A stretch of DNA of 62,929 bases, counting the filler, from Kipferlia bialata (taxonomy: Eukaryota): NCBI GenBank assembly GCA_003568945.1. It is 5 parts of 5 records of this genome, joined end to end, with 100 filler letters (N's around TTAATTAATTAA, not from the genome) between each part and the next. Parts side by side here need not be neighbours in the genome. Positions count along the whole stretch, not along the records: positions 29,791 to 47,887 come from BDIP01000493.1; positions 47,988 to 58,052 come from BDIP01000494.1; 3 more parts are not named here. The stretch is one strand, 5' to 3'. The notes beneath the pieces were generated by a model. That model had not been told where the DNA came from, did no database searches, and worked only from the letters and a program-made list of their open reading frames with translations. Position numbers and translations under genes: made by a program. Positions 37,839 to 49,826 of this stretch are shown piece by piece (positions within the stretch are counted from its first letter, which is position 1; every line of letters begins with the position of its first letter).

Positions 37839-38216
37839 ATGGGATATGCACTGGGTACGAAGGATGTGGACGCAGGCACCTGGTACTGGCTAGATGCTGG
37901 TGAAGCGATCAGGCTAGACACGGGGAACACCCCCCGATACCAAGGTTATGAGAAGCAGGGTGATCCCGTCCACGTCGTGAAGGACTGGAGTAACGGCGGG
38001 TCGTGGACCGGATACAGCTACGGTACTGTGTCCTTCACAGTGCCAGATGGCCAGCAGAGGGGTTGCATAGTTGTCCGAGCCTCCAAGGGCCTGTACTACA
38101 TGTTCAAGAGTGGTGACATGGGGCATGATGAGGGGGACACCACCACCATCCAGATGTGCACTGGCCTGGCCAGGTCGGGGGAGGCCCGTGTGGAGTTTTG
38201 GCACTGGGGGAAGTAG
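37839..38216 (+). CDS. Hypothetical 125-aa intronless protein (Gly/Trp/Tyr-rich)
   Basis: Clean ATG-TAG ORF with C/G-ending codon bias like real genes here and AT-richer flanks; no recognised family. Confidence 0.55.
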   Translation: MGYALGTKDVDAGTWYWLDAGEAIRLDTGNTPRYQGYEKQGDPVHVVKDWSNGGSWTGYSYGTVSFTVPDGQQRGCIVVRASKGLYYMFKSGDMGHDEGDTTTIQMCTGLARSGEARVEFWHWGK

Positions 38217-38672
38217 GTGCGATCATTGGCAGTCCATTATGATTGGAGGCAACCGTCACACCATGGGGCTGAGCCAAAACAGGGCTTAGACCGAACTAGG
38301 GCCTTTCTCTTTCTCTCATCTCGGTCTTGGGAACATACACTTGCTGCTAGAGGGGACGCTTGGTGTGAATGTGCCGTTGATACATAGATACAAGTACACC
38401 CAGTATATGCTTATGGTTAGTATTATTCACTCTCATTTGCGACAAATGTTACTGTAGTATGTGTTGGTTCCTCTTTGTGTGAACATGGGAACAACCACAC
38501 CATACCTTGATGTATGTCATTACACTGTCGGTCACTCGAGTATGTACTAGGCCCAATAACAAATGTCAGGGACTTACGACTAAACGATCAAGCGATTTAA
38601 TACACTTTGCTTTCCATTCTACACTCACGAATACTCACCAATACTAGACGGAGACTATATCTCGGGGTCTAT

Positions 38673-39668
38673 TTAGTTGGTGTCCATGTTGGTGTCGAAC
38701 ACAAACACGCGGCCGTCATCGCCACCAGCGAAGAGACGGTGTCCGTCGTGGGAGAAGCGGATAGCGTGCACGGGGATCTGCACGGACACACCCTCGTCGT
38801 TGTAAGCGAACTCGTGGTGAGCAGAGTCGTAGAGGGGCTGCTTAGCGTTGTCGATGTCAACGATCCTCATTCCGTTGGTGGTTCCAACGGCGATCCAGTA
38901 CTTCATGGGGGAGAACTCGAGGGAGTTGACCTCAGCACCCACGTTGAACTCACAGTGCACGGAGTTGTCTGGCAGGGAGTAGATCACAACGGATCCGTCC
39001 TTGCATCCAACAGCCACAAGGGATCCGTTGGGGGCAACGGAGATGCAGTTGATGAAGGAAGGGGCCTTGGCGATCACAACCTCCTCAGTGAGGGTGTTGC
39101 CCTCGGTGGGGAGCTGGTAGTACTTGAGGGTACGGTCCCAGGAAGCGGTGATGACGAACTCACCCTCCTTCTCGGGGATAGAGGTGTGCTTGACAGCAGT
39201 GACCCAGTCCTCGTGAGCGGGCTTCTCAGACACAACCTTGCCCTCAACGTTCCAGAGGATGACCTTCTTGTCGCGGCCTCCAGAGATCACCTTGTAGATA
39301 ACCTTGCCCTCAGCCTCCTCCTCGCAGATGTCCACGCAGGTGACATCTCCGGAGTGGCCAGTGAAGGTCTGGCGGCACTCGCCAGACTCCAGGTCCCACA
39401 TACGGAGGGTGCTGTCCCAGGAAGCAGAGAGAGCGAAGCGGTCGTCCTTGGTCAGCACAACGTCCTCAACAAAGTGGAAGTGTCCCAGGAGAGACCTCTG
39501 GGCCATGCCAGGGTGCTCGGGCTCCTGCTGCTCGAGGTCCCACATAACGAGGGACTTGTCGCGGGATCCAGAGACGAGGGTGGTGTCGTCAGCGGACATA
39601 GCGAGGCATGTCACACGCTTGTTGTGGGCCTCAAGGGTTCCGAGAAGGTGGAGAACTGATCCGCTCAT
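38673..39668 (-). CDS. RACK1: RACK1/Asc1 WD40 ribosome-associated scaffold (331 aa)
   Basis: MSGSVLHLLGTLEAH...LVSGSRDKSLVMWDL...RSLLGHFHFVEDVVLTKDDRFALSASWDSTLRMWDL...F.GH..DV...SGGRDK...HEDWVTAV...VNSLEFSPMKYWIAVGT. The coding region is intronless; a 5'UTR intron spans 39670-39782. Confidence 0.92.
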   Translation of the reverse strand: MSGSVLHLLGTLEAHNKRVTCLAMSADDTTLVSGSRDKSLVMWDLEQQEPEHPGMAQRSLLGHFHFVEDVVLTKDDRFALSASWDSTLRMWDLESGECRQTFTGHSGDVTCVDICEEEAEGKVIYKVISGGRDKKVILWNVEGKVVSEKPAHEDWVTAVKHTSIPEKEGEFVITASWDRTLKYYQLPTEGNTLTEEVVIAKAPSFINCISVAPNGSLVAVGCKDGSVVIYSLPDNSVHCEFNVGAEVNSLEFSPMKYWIAVGTTNGMRIVDIDNAKQPLYDSAHHEFAYNDEGVSVQIPVHAIRFSHDGHRLFAGGDDGRVFVFDTNMDTN

Positions 39669-39782
39669 CCTGTTAGTGAGTATTGAGGCAAATACACGCA
39701 CCCAACCGACCTGACGGGACACACGAAACCCCACAACTCCCACAGCTCCCCCAAAACATAGCCTAGCATCCACCCCACTTAC

Positions 39783-40215
39783 TTGTGTTGATTTGCTGAC
39801 GAAAACAGGCCAATTCCAAGCACTCTCCTCCGAGTCACTCCCCACAGCCGGAGATTCCGGTTTGAACTCGGAGATCACTGTTCACATTAGTGAGAATCTC
39901 CGAAAATCTCCGACGGTCATTTGCACGCTGAGCTCGAAAAACAATGTTTTTGAATGGATATCTCAAAGTTGGAGAAGGAGCTCGAGTAGAGTCACCGGTA
40001 GCACCCCTGGAGCCTGACTCCAAGGATAGGTTGTCAGGTTCGATGATTAGGCTTCTATTGGGCGAGGTCCAATGACAAGTGTTTCACAGGTGGACCCAGA
40101 TTCAGAATTGCAATAAATAGCGAACCCAACAGCCAAATCTCCGAAAATCTGATCGATTCTCCGAGTTTCAGTCAGAGATTTGGCTTGTGAGTGCATCAGT
40201 CGACGGTTTTGAGAG
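39783..40215. promoter_or_regulatory. RACK1-Ran bidirectional promoter with repeated AATCTCCGAAAATCT
   Basis: AATCTCCGAAAATCT occurs at 39895 and 40136, with further CTCCGA/TCGGAG copies, in the head-to-head spacer. Confidence 0.55.
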
Positions 40216-40931
40216 ATGCAGCAGCCGCAGCTCCCCCAGAACACTCCCCAGTTCAAGGTTGTGCTTGTCGGTGATGGTGGCACAGGTAATTCGAGTGGTC
40301 GGTGGTTTTTGTAGCGGTATGTGTGGTTTAGGCGCTCATTTCAGGAAAGACCACCTTTGTGAAGAGGCACAGGACCGGTGAGTTCGAGAAGAGGTACTAC
40401 GCCACTGTTGGCGTTGAGGTCCGTAACCTCGACTTCTACACCACTGGTGGCCCCATCGTTTTCAACGTTTGGGACACTGCTGGACAGGAGAAGTACGGTG
40501 GCCTCCGTGATGGGTACTACATCAACTCCCACGCCGGAATGATCTTCTTCGACGTCACCTCAAGGATGACCTACCGTTCCGTCAAGGAGTGGTACACTGA
40601 CCTGCACAGGCTGTGCCAGAACATCCCCATTGTTCTGGTCGGCAACAAGGTTGACGCCAAGGACCGCAAGGTCAAGGCCCGCATGGTGACTTTCCACAGG
40701 CTCAAGAACATCCCCTACTTTGAGATCTCTGCCAAGTCTAACTACAACTACGAGAAGCCATTCCTCGCTGTTGCCCGTGCCCTTCTCCGCAACAATGAGC
40801 TCCAGTTCACCGACGCCCCCGCTCTTCTCCCCCCTCAGATCCCCGTCAACCACGAGTACCTGCAGGCTCAGGAGAGGGAGCTTAGGGATGCCCAGAACGT
40901 GCCCCTGCCCATGGACGAGGACGGATTCTAA
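40216..40931 (+). CDS. RAN: Ran GTPase (2 exons, 218 aa)
   Basis: Exon 40216-40285 ([12 protein letters not shown]), intron 40286-40344, exon 40345-40931 ([61 protein letters not shown], acidic tail DEDGF). Confidence 0.98.
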
Positions 40932-41559
40932 GTGAATCGATAAATGTTTATGTTATTGCAATAAGTCTGTTGATGCCTGTGTTTGTGTAGGTCTACTTCA
41001 GTATGTTCTGGCTAATGGTGTAGTGGTCTAGTGGCGTTTGTTTGTAATAGTAGGGTAATACTCTCGTTGCGTTAATATGATACACTGCTATTATAGAAGT
41101 AACACTGGAGAATAGAGTACATGATTTACTTCTGTTCCCCTTACCAGTATCCACGGAACTAGGTAGGACTGACTCAAGAGACGTACTCTGAACCCAAGTA
41201 CACAACGACATGTGCTCCGATGTACTACGTTGTACCTGAGAGACAAGGCTGTTGACTCTTACCCTAGTCTACCCATCCACTCAACCACTCAGCCACTCAA
41301 CCACACACCAGCCCTGATGTACTCCATGGAATGAGAGGGTGTAGCTTGGGGTGCCTTCCCCCAGAGGTTCTCTGAACCATACACGGGCGGATGTGAAACA
41401 GCCCATGACAAACGATGTTCAGCACTCGTGCCATACACAATGCCTCGGAATCGCGGTCCCTCGTCGAGAGAGGTACCTGGCAACTGGACACAGTGAAGCC
41501 TGAGTGCGTCTCCATGCCGGACTCTGAGAGAGGTTTCCTTGACATCACTACAGCCTAGC

Positions 41560-43203
41560 CTACTTGCCAGTGGCGTCCATCTTGGCGAGAAGGGTGGGCG
41601 CAATGACTACGTCTCCGCCCTCACTACCCCTGCCCTTCCCACGCCTGTTCCTCTTGCGCTTACCTCCCTCCCCTTGTCCCTTGCCCTGTCCCCCTCCGTT
41701 GGGGTTGCTCTGCTTGGCAGGACGGGCGGTGGAGGGCCTCCCCTGCCCCTGCCCCTGGGGTTGGGACTGGGCATTGGCCGCAGACTTGGCCTTGGCCGCA
41801 GCCTCTGCAGCGCGCTCTCTCTTGCGACGCTTCTGCCTCTGGTTCTTGCTCTCGGTAGGGGGGGCACTCTGCACTGCAGGAGCAGTCACCTGGGCTGGGG
41901 CGCCCTGGGGTCTAGGCCGCACCACAGGGGTAGGCTGAGGCACAGCTGTCTCTGCCTTGCCTCTCCCCTTCTGGGGTGGGGCAGCAGTGGCAGGGCGGGG
42001 CTTGACGGTGACAACGGTAGGCACGGCCTGGGGAGCCGGTGCCTGTCCCTTACCTCCTCTGCCCTTACCCTTACCCTTCCCCTTCCCCTTCCCCTTCCCC
42101 TTGCCGGACTCCTTCTCCTTCTTCTTCTCTCTCTCCCTCTCTCTCTCCCTCTCCTTCCTCTTCTTCTGCTTGGACCCACCAGAGCCACTGGCAGCGGCAC
42201 TTGCATCCCTGGAATGAGACGTAACAGGTGTGTCTCTATCTCTTAGTACACACCACTGATACGGATACTGATGCATACCTGCACAGGGCCAGAAGACTGT
42301 CGTTGACCTCGGTCCTGTCATGTCCCTCTTCCACCTAACAGTAAGAGAGAGTCAGTCAGTGAGAGAGACAAGAGTCTGACAAGCAATGATAACCTTAGGT
42401 GGCTCGGGGTCGGCCACGCCGTGCTCAAGGAATGTGCGGAAGGTGGGGGCTAGGGGTAAATAGACTGGGACAATAGTGTGAGAGACTGCAAACACATATG
42501 ATTATGAGTGAGGGAGAGTATATATCATTGTGTCACTCACATGCACACATGGGGTTGAGCTGGGGAGGGTTCCTGGCGAGCAGGCCACCGAGCTTGTGGA
42601 CCTAGGAGTGAGTGACAGGACGACACGAATATGACCGGAAGAAGGTGGGGGAGGGAGAGGAATGGCAACACAGAGTAAGGGCCAAAGAGGGCGAGTACCC
42701 CATAAACCAAGCTGCTGAGTAGACTGATGACCAGTATATACAAGTGCACAAGGGAAAGGGTAACTCACTGTACACAGTCAGTGGATACTCACATATACTA
42801 CACCAACCTGCTTTGGGGCCTGCCACCCACAGGCAGACACATGCATTCCGCTGGGGCGATCTGGTAGGTGCGTGCAGTTCTGGGCTGCCTGCACTGCTGC
42901 CTTGTGGTTGAAGTACTGGACAACAAGGGAGGTCTGGACAGAAGGGTGACGAATCAGGCTGGAATAGGCCGCACGCCCACCCAAGCTCGACACAAATGAC
43001 TTAATATCCTCATCCTCGGGTATTTTGGTCACCAAGAGCCTGGACGGGTTTGTGATGAAGGCGGGAGGCCTCTTTTCATCCCTCCTCGACCTATTCGAAC
43101 CACCTCCACGACCCTTCCTAGGGGGCTTCCGGGCGCCCTCTTTTGGCTTGCCCGCACCCTGTGCTGGTGCTGCAGGCTCTCCATCCTTCCCCCCCTTTCC
43201 CAT
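41560..43203 (-). CDS. RRM-like + basic/low-complexity protein, tentatively UPF3 (Smg4)-like
   Basis: Five spliced exons: SRLLVTKIP...VVQYFNHKAAVQAA...APKQ | VHKLGGLL | SPTFRTFLE | NDSLLALCR | KQKKRKERERERE.... The order of elements resembles UPF3 (KVVIRRLP...GTI..DPEY.KFLE...TPLL.FL...K/E/R-rich). The start codon is uncertain. Confidence 0.45.
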
Positions 43204-43434
43204 GACTGCTAGGGGCACAGTATGGAGAGGCCCTTCAGCCCACCTCATCAGAGTCTGATTCAGACTGCACCCCTTCAAGAGCTTGACCGGTGTTTTTGTT
43301 CTATTCCTCAGAGTGGACTCTCTTTGCAACATAGTACAAAGGTGGGCCACACACGGGCTCTGGTGCCTTACACATTGTTCTGTGCCTTCCACTTACTCAC
43401 CCTAGCTCGTTAGACTGACCTTGTTGCGGCTCAC

Positions 43435-44379
43435 ATGGCACAAGACAAGAAGGGCAAGGGCAAGGCCAAGTCACAGGGTACGAGTAATCTATTACGCTTG
43501 TCGCCACACACTTGGGCTCAGGGCTGAAACATCCTTTGTATTGTGAGCAGTGACTCTGCCTCTGTTGGTGGCATTGTTCGTTATTTCTCTCCCTCTCCCC
43601 CTGTCTTGGCAGTGTCTAGTATATCCTCTGACTCTAGTATACATATATCCTCTGACTCCAGATGTGACCAGGCAGTATGACGATAAGGACCATGCCAAGA
43701 GGATCAGACGGGCCCAGATCCTGCCAAGGTATAGTGATACCTCTCATGTCTCTATGTCTATCCCTCTCACTCTCCCTGACCCCCCAGACAGAGGGTGACC
43801 TCGGAGATTGACCTCTTCTCCCACCTGGCACAGGACGTGGTGGAGGTGGGCACACTCTATCACTATTGTCTAGAACTGATCTTTGTTACTGGTAGGCACC
43901 CTTCTCCTCTGCATAACTATGCGTGACTCCTCTCACCCCAGACCTCCTACACCGCCCCCCTTGGTCTGGGCACCCTGCCTGACCCCTGTCTGCTGCATGG
44001 GAGACAGGTGGCCAAGGTGGACGGCACAGAGCTCGGGGCAGGGGCTAGGTACTCAGACTCATGGATACAAAGTAGTATTGATACATTATACACACATATA
44101 CCAACATTCCTGCTCGGGCTCGGCAGGGCTAGGTCAGGGATATATATGCAGGGTTACAGATTCATCCATCCTGTCTCAGTACCCCCTTACCCCAGGACAT
44201 ACGGACAGATGCTGGGGACTGGTCAGATTGACTCCCCAAGTGCACAGGTATGGATGGTATAGTATGACTATATATGAAGTGTTCTATTTGTGCACTCTTA
44301 GGGGAGAGGTCAGATTGCCCATTCTCTCTCTCTCTCTCTCTCCCTCACCCCAGGTGACTGCCTTTGCCCAGTCCCTCCT

Positions 44380-44415
<36 letters not shown>

Positions 44416-44517
44416 CCCAGGTGACTGCCTTTGCCCACTCCCTTCTACTCTCTCTCTCCCCACTCCCCCCCCCTCTCCCTCACCCCAGGTGACTGCCTTT
44501 GCCCAGTCCCTTCTGCT

Positions 44518-44557
<40 letters not shown>

Positions 44558-46300
44558 ACCCACCAGGTGACTGCCTTTGCCCAGTCCCTCCTGCTCAACC
44601 TGTCCACCCTGGAGCTGAGGAGGGCACAGTCCAAGGAGGAGGCATCGGAGGCCAGGACACTCTTGAACAGGTATATATGTATTTATATATCTGTATATAT
44701 ATATATATTATATTGGTGATATATATGTATATATGAACAGTCCAAGGAGGAGGCATCGGAGGCCAGGACACTGCTCAACAGGTGCATATCCATATTTGTA
44801 AATATGTGCCATTTCATTTGCGCATGCCTCTCAAGTCGATGCAGTTATTTATCTATCCCTCTTACACGATAGGGCAGACAAGGAGCGCCGCAACAGCACC
44901 CTTGGTGACAAGCAGGTCAGGGTCGACACAACAGCCATGCCATGGGACAGGTGGGGAATGCTTGTCACACTTGTATCTCCTCTCCTCTTGTCTGTTCCCG
45001 TTGTGGTCCTATATCATACTTCGTGTCTCTATTTGTGTGTATCTCTCTGGATCCACCTTTCTGACTGTACCTTGTTCATATATATATATATGTCTGTCAT
45101 TTCCCTGTGTCTATATCTCTGTCCCGTCTGACTCTATCAGGGCGTGCCTTGTGCAGCTCAATGTCTACCATCTCTCTCTCTCTCTCCATCTATTCTTTAN
45201 NNNNNNNNNNNNNNNNNNNNNNNNNNNNNNNNNNNNNNNNNCATCTATTCTTTACATATGATATATCTTTGTGTCTGACTATAGGGCCTGCCTTGTCCAG
45301 CTCAATGTCATCAGCCAGTACACCAGGGACTGCCACGCGCCACTCCCCATCGGTATGGCCCAGATCAATGCCCATGCTACTATTTGTGACAGTGTCTTGT
45401 GCTATACTCTCCCTCTCCCTCACCCCTCAGCCACTGGCAACTTCATCCGGTCTGTCAAGTCCATGATATCACAGGTCCAGGCACAGGCACCAAGACTATC
45501 TCTGAATGAGGTGGGGTATATGTATATATATATATATATAGGTCCAGGCACCCAGGCTGTCCCTCAACGAGGTGGGGCACTGTCTCATACAATACAGATG
45601 TGTGCATTTATATACATGTGTATTGATGTCTATCTTTCTCCTCCCTCACCCCAGGAGGGATGCTTCAAGGCCCTCAAGGGAGGGGTGGAGAGGTATCTGG
45701 ACCGTCACGTGTTTGCAGCTGGCAGGTACTCAATGGTTGTTGTATTGACTAATTGTATATCTATAATAATCCTTGAGAGTGGTGTCTTTATACCATGATA
45801 AATGTATCCATTTCTGTATATAGGATATGGGTCTTTTCATGGTTAGTATGTCTCTATGTCGCTCACCCCCAGGGACATTGCCGCCACCGCTGCTGCCCGT
45901 ATCGTACCTGGAGACACCCTTCTTCTCTATGGAAACTCCAGGTACATTAGTATATTGTTCATCATGGAATCCCTTGTTACACTACAGAGCTGATGAGTGT
46001 ATGTGTGCACGTCGGTTCTCACCCTAGGATGGTTGAGCGTGCCTGCCTGATTGCCTGGCAGAGTCTGAGCCTCACCCACCTCCAGCCATTCTCAGTGGTC
46101 GTGGTGGACTCTAGGCCCCAGGACCTGAGGTATATAGACAACACACACACACATATATATTGACAGCACATACATATATGTAAATACAGCCTGAGCACTA
46201 TCAACCCCAGGATTGCCAAGACCCTTGTCCAGGCTGGCATCTCTGTCTCGTACTGCATGCTCAGTGGGCTCCACCACGTCATGGCATCGGTGTCCAAGGT

Positions 46301-46342
<42 letters not shown>

Positions 46343-46383
46343 GTATTATATCCGTCATGGCATCGGTGTCCAAGGTGTGTACA

Positions 46384-46414
<31 letters not shown>

Positions 46415-46582
46415 TCTCCCCTTACCCTAGGTCATCACTGGCACCTTTGCCGTCCTTGGCAGTGGGGCAGTCATGAGCAGGGCAGGTACCACATACCATG
46501 TACCTCCCATACGTCTATGTATCTGACTATATCCTCACTGGTGCAGGCACTACCCTGATCTGTTCCGATGTCTGTATAGTCA

Positions 46583-46620
<38 letters not shown>

Positions 46621-47559
46621 CTAACTGTGNNNNNNNNNNNNNNNNNNNNNNNNNNNNNNNTCTCTATATATATATCTAACTGTGACCTCACTAATGCAGG
46701 CACCGCCCTGATCTGCTCCATGGCCAAGGAGAGGCACATCCCTGTCCTGTGTCTGGCAGAGACATTCAAGGTAACCCACTGTATACTATATATACTATAC
46801 ACTGTGTATACCCCACTCACTCTTTAGTTCACTGACCGTGCCTGCTCTGACTCTCTTGCCTTCAATGAGGTCGGGGACCCAGCCGTGATTGCACACATCC
46901 CAACCCGCATCGGTATCATCCAGGTACACAGCCATACTCAAACAATATACGTATAATATTATGTATATAAGTATAATTATTACTCATCCGGACTTCCCTC
47001 ACCTCAGGATGTGGCTGTGGCCCCCAAGGCCAACACCATTGTGTCGGAGGATGAGGTATTACTTAGGGGACTTACAATCAGTATGTTTCCAGTATCTCTT
47101 CTATTCTCCCTCTCTCTCTCTCTCTCTCCATATATATATATAACCCAACACCAGAATGCCCCCACCCATGAGGCCCCCCTGGCTGAGACCACCGATGACC
47201 TCTGGGCCAGACCCAACGTGTCCATCGCCAACATCAGACACGACCTCACACCCCCAGACCACGTACGGTGCTATATACATATATATATATATCAATACAT
47301 AGTCTGCTCTATGTAGTTATGAGTTAGATACCACAGGTATCATTGGATTATGTAGGTAGTACCATATCTATGTCTCAGCTGACCCCTCAGGTCAATGTGC
47401 TCGTGACAGAGAACGGAGAGGTGCCACCATCTAGTGCAAGGTGAGAATGGGTGTGTGGATGATTGGTCTTGTTGTTGGTCTGACCCCAGATACATTTGGG
47501 GATCCCTTGCCGGCCAGGACTACATCGACTGGCGCACCTTTGGAGGCAGGGAGACCTAA
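43435..47559 (+). CDS. EIF2B4: Translation initiation factor eIF2B delta subunit
   Basis: YDDKDHAKRIRRAQILPR, IDLFSHLAQ, RIVPGDTLLLYGNS, FSVVVVDSRP, VSKVITGTFAVLGSGAVMSRAGTALICSMAKERHIPVLCLAETFKFTDR..SD..AFNEVGDP, NIRHDLTPPDHVNVLVTENGEVPPSS; stop at 47557-47559. Confidence 0.88.
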
Positions 47560-47887
47560 GCAGACCCTATGACCTATGGAGAAGAACATCGTTTGCACAC
47601 TGCCGTGTCTGTTATGTCATGTATACACAGCTCCCTATCATTATGGGGTTGGACAGAGTGGGCACTAAATTTAGCTATATTGTTGCGTATCCTCAGTGCC
47701 CCTCTAGCACACACTAGTACAAGGAACTGTGATATACTAGTACCAATGCGTGGCTGGTGTTCACTGGTGTACAACGGTGGCAGTCGTGGGAACCATACGA
47801 AAAAGCTTTTGCACGGTCGCACTCTGAACCAAGGGACAACAGAATCAATAATCAGTGGGTGTCGAAAGACACCGTTTGGGGTTTGCT

Positions 47888-47987
47888 NNNNNNNNNNNNN
47901 NNNNNNNNNNNNNNNNNNNNNNNNNNNNNNNTTAATTAATTAANNNNNNNNNNNNNNNNNNNNNNNNNNNNNNNNNNNNNNNNNNNN
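47888..47987. other. Artificial scaffold linker
   Basis: N44-TTAATTAATTAA-N44. Confidence 0.98.
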
Positions 47988-48341
47988 TAATACTCCCCCT
48001 CGGGGCCCCCCCCCCCCCCCCCCCCCAACTCCCTCTCTCTCTAGATCTTGACCTCCATTCTCAAGGCATACCTCTGCACTTATCCCCTTCTTTCCTAAGT
48101 CTTCCAATGTGCATTGCAACCACTCTTTATTAGCCGGTGTTCTTCCATGTGTATCCCGCTCTCTATTTACCATCTCTTCTGTCTTTAACATCCTCTCCTT
48201 ATTCCTGTCTCTCGCTCTCTCTCATCCAGAGTCACACTTCTAACCCCTCGTATACCTTTGAGTGATATCTCCATAACTCTCTCTCTCTCTCTCTCTCTTG
48301 CTCCACCTATCTTTGTGCCCCCCCCCCCTCTTCTCACCCAA

Positions 48342-49788
48342 GTTCTATTATGCCTCTATGCACCATGTGGAGCTATGGATGGCATATCCCAAGAGGAGGG
48401 GAGAGAGAGAGACATAGACAGTGTGTCTGGAGGATGCGAAGGGGGGAGAGAGAGAGAGGCTCTTCAAGTGAGGAGAGGAGGAGAGAGAGAGAGAGAGACC
48501 ATGCTAGACATGGGGGTCAAGTCCTGGCCCAGCTGTGTCACCAGTAACACACTGCCATTCAGCTATGGAGACAACGCACACTATGCGACAGGTAGGTTTA
48601 TACTACTAGTATATTATGTGGAATTTGTAGTAATCCATATTTCATACTAAATCGGTGAAGGGCTTACCAATGCATCCACAACAATCTATTTATTTCTCTC
48701 AGTTTCTCTCTCTCTCTCTCCCTGCGCCCTTATATTAGGCCATGGCTATGACTCTGGTGTGACCCATGCCTCCACTCTGAGTGTGGATGACACCCCATAC
48801 CTATCAAGCACTGGCATATCGGTAAGTATAGTATATATATATATATATATGTGTGTGTATATAGTATTATTATATGTATATAGTATATATATACTACACC
48901 ATACCTATCAAGCACTGGCATATCGGTATGTATAGTGTAGAGTGTATAGTGTATAGTTCTACGCTAGTCATGTGACCTCTGTCTTTCTTTCTAGGCCCAT
49001 TTATATATATGTGTATACTATATCTCACCCCTAGGTAGCTGATGACGCTGGAGTATAAATATATTTATATATATACAGATATTGTAGCTGGAGTGATATT
49101 GTAGGTGGTATTTCGCTCTCTAAATATCTCTCTCTATTCCTGTATATATACCTCTGTCTCACTCCAGCTATCCGATGACGCTGGTGTGTGTGTATATTTA
49201 TACGGAAATTCCTATGTATATATCTGTATATTTATGCAAATATAGCTATGCTCACCTATATCTATATGTCTACTACAATACTATTCTTTATACCTCTGTC
49301 TCACCCCCAGCTAGCTGATGACACTGGAGTGTTTGCTCCATCCCCTGCTGACCTCGGGAAGGTATGTATCCCGCTCAGTGGATTTTCTTCTTTCCCATTC
49401 ATCTGTCTCCCTCGCTCTACACCCTTAATCCTCTCACCCTACACCCTTAATACCCAGGTTGTGGGTGTGGAGGCAGGGGACAACGTGTCATTTGTGTGGA
49501 CAAGGTATGTTTATATACATACACACATATATTATATGTTAATCTTTCGAGGGGGTGGAGAGGGAGAGAGAGAGTGCTTTGGAGATATCAGAGAGTTCTT
49601 TCCTTCTTGTCTATTCCATATACTCTCTCTCTCTCTCTCTCCTCATTCCCAGGTCAGGCAATCTCCTTGTTGTTGGGTCGACATCATACGGGCTGACAGG
49701 TATGTACCATCAATATTATTTCATATCCCTGCATGCCTTGCATCGGTAGATAACGACACTGCCACCACCTCCCTGTCTGCCTTCACTA

Positions 49789-49826
<38 letters not shown>

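Noticed and set aside
38266..38300. Helitron-like 3' end (hairpin + CTAG) that could explain capture of the dynein fragment
   Set aside because: The hairpin is only 4-5 bp, there is no AT target junction and no matching 5' end.
38607..39659. 350-aa plus-strand ORF antisense to RACK1
   Set aside because: Same shadow-ORF effect as for RPS3.
39669..39878. 70-aa N-terminal extension of RACK1 in the ORF track
   Set aside because: It runs through a canonical 5'UTR intron and promoter from a non-ATG start; homology begins at Met 39668.
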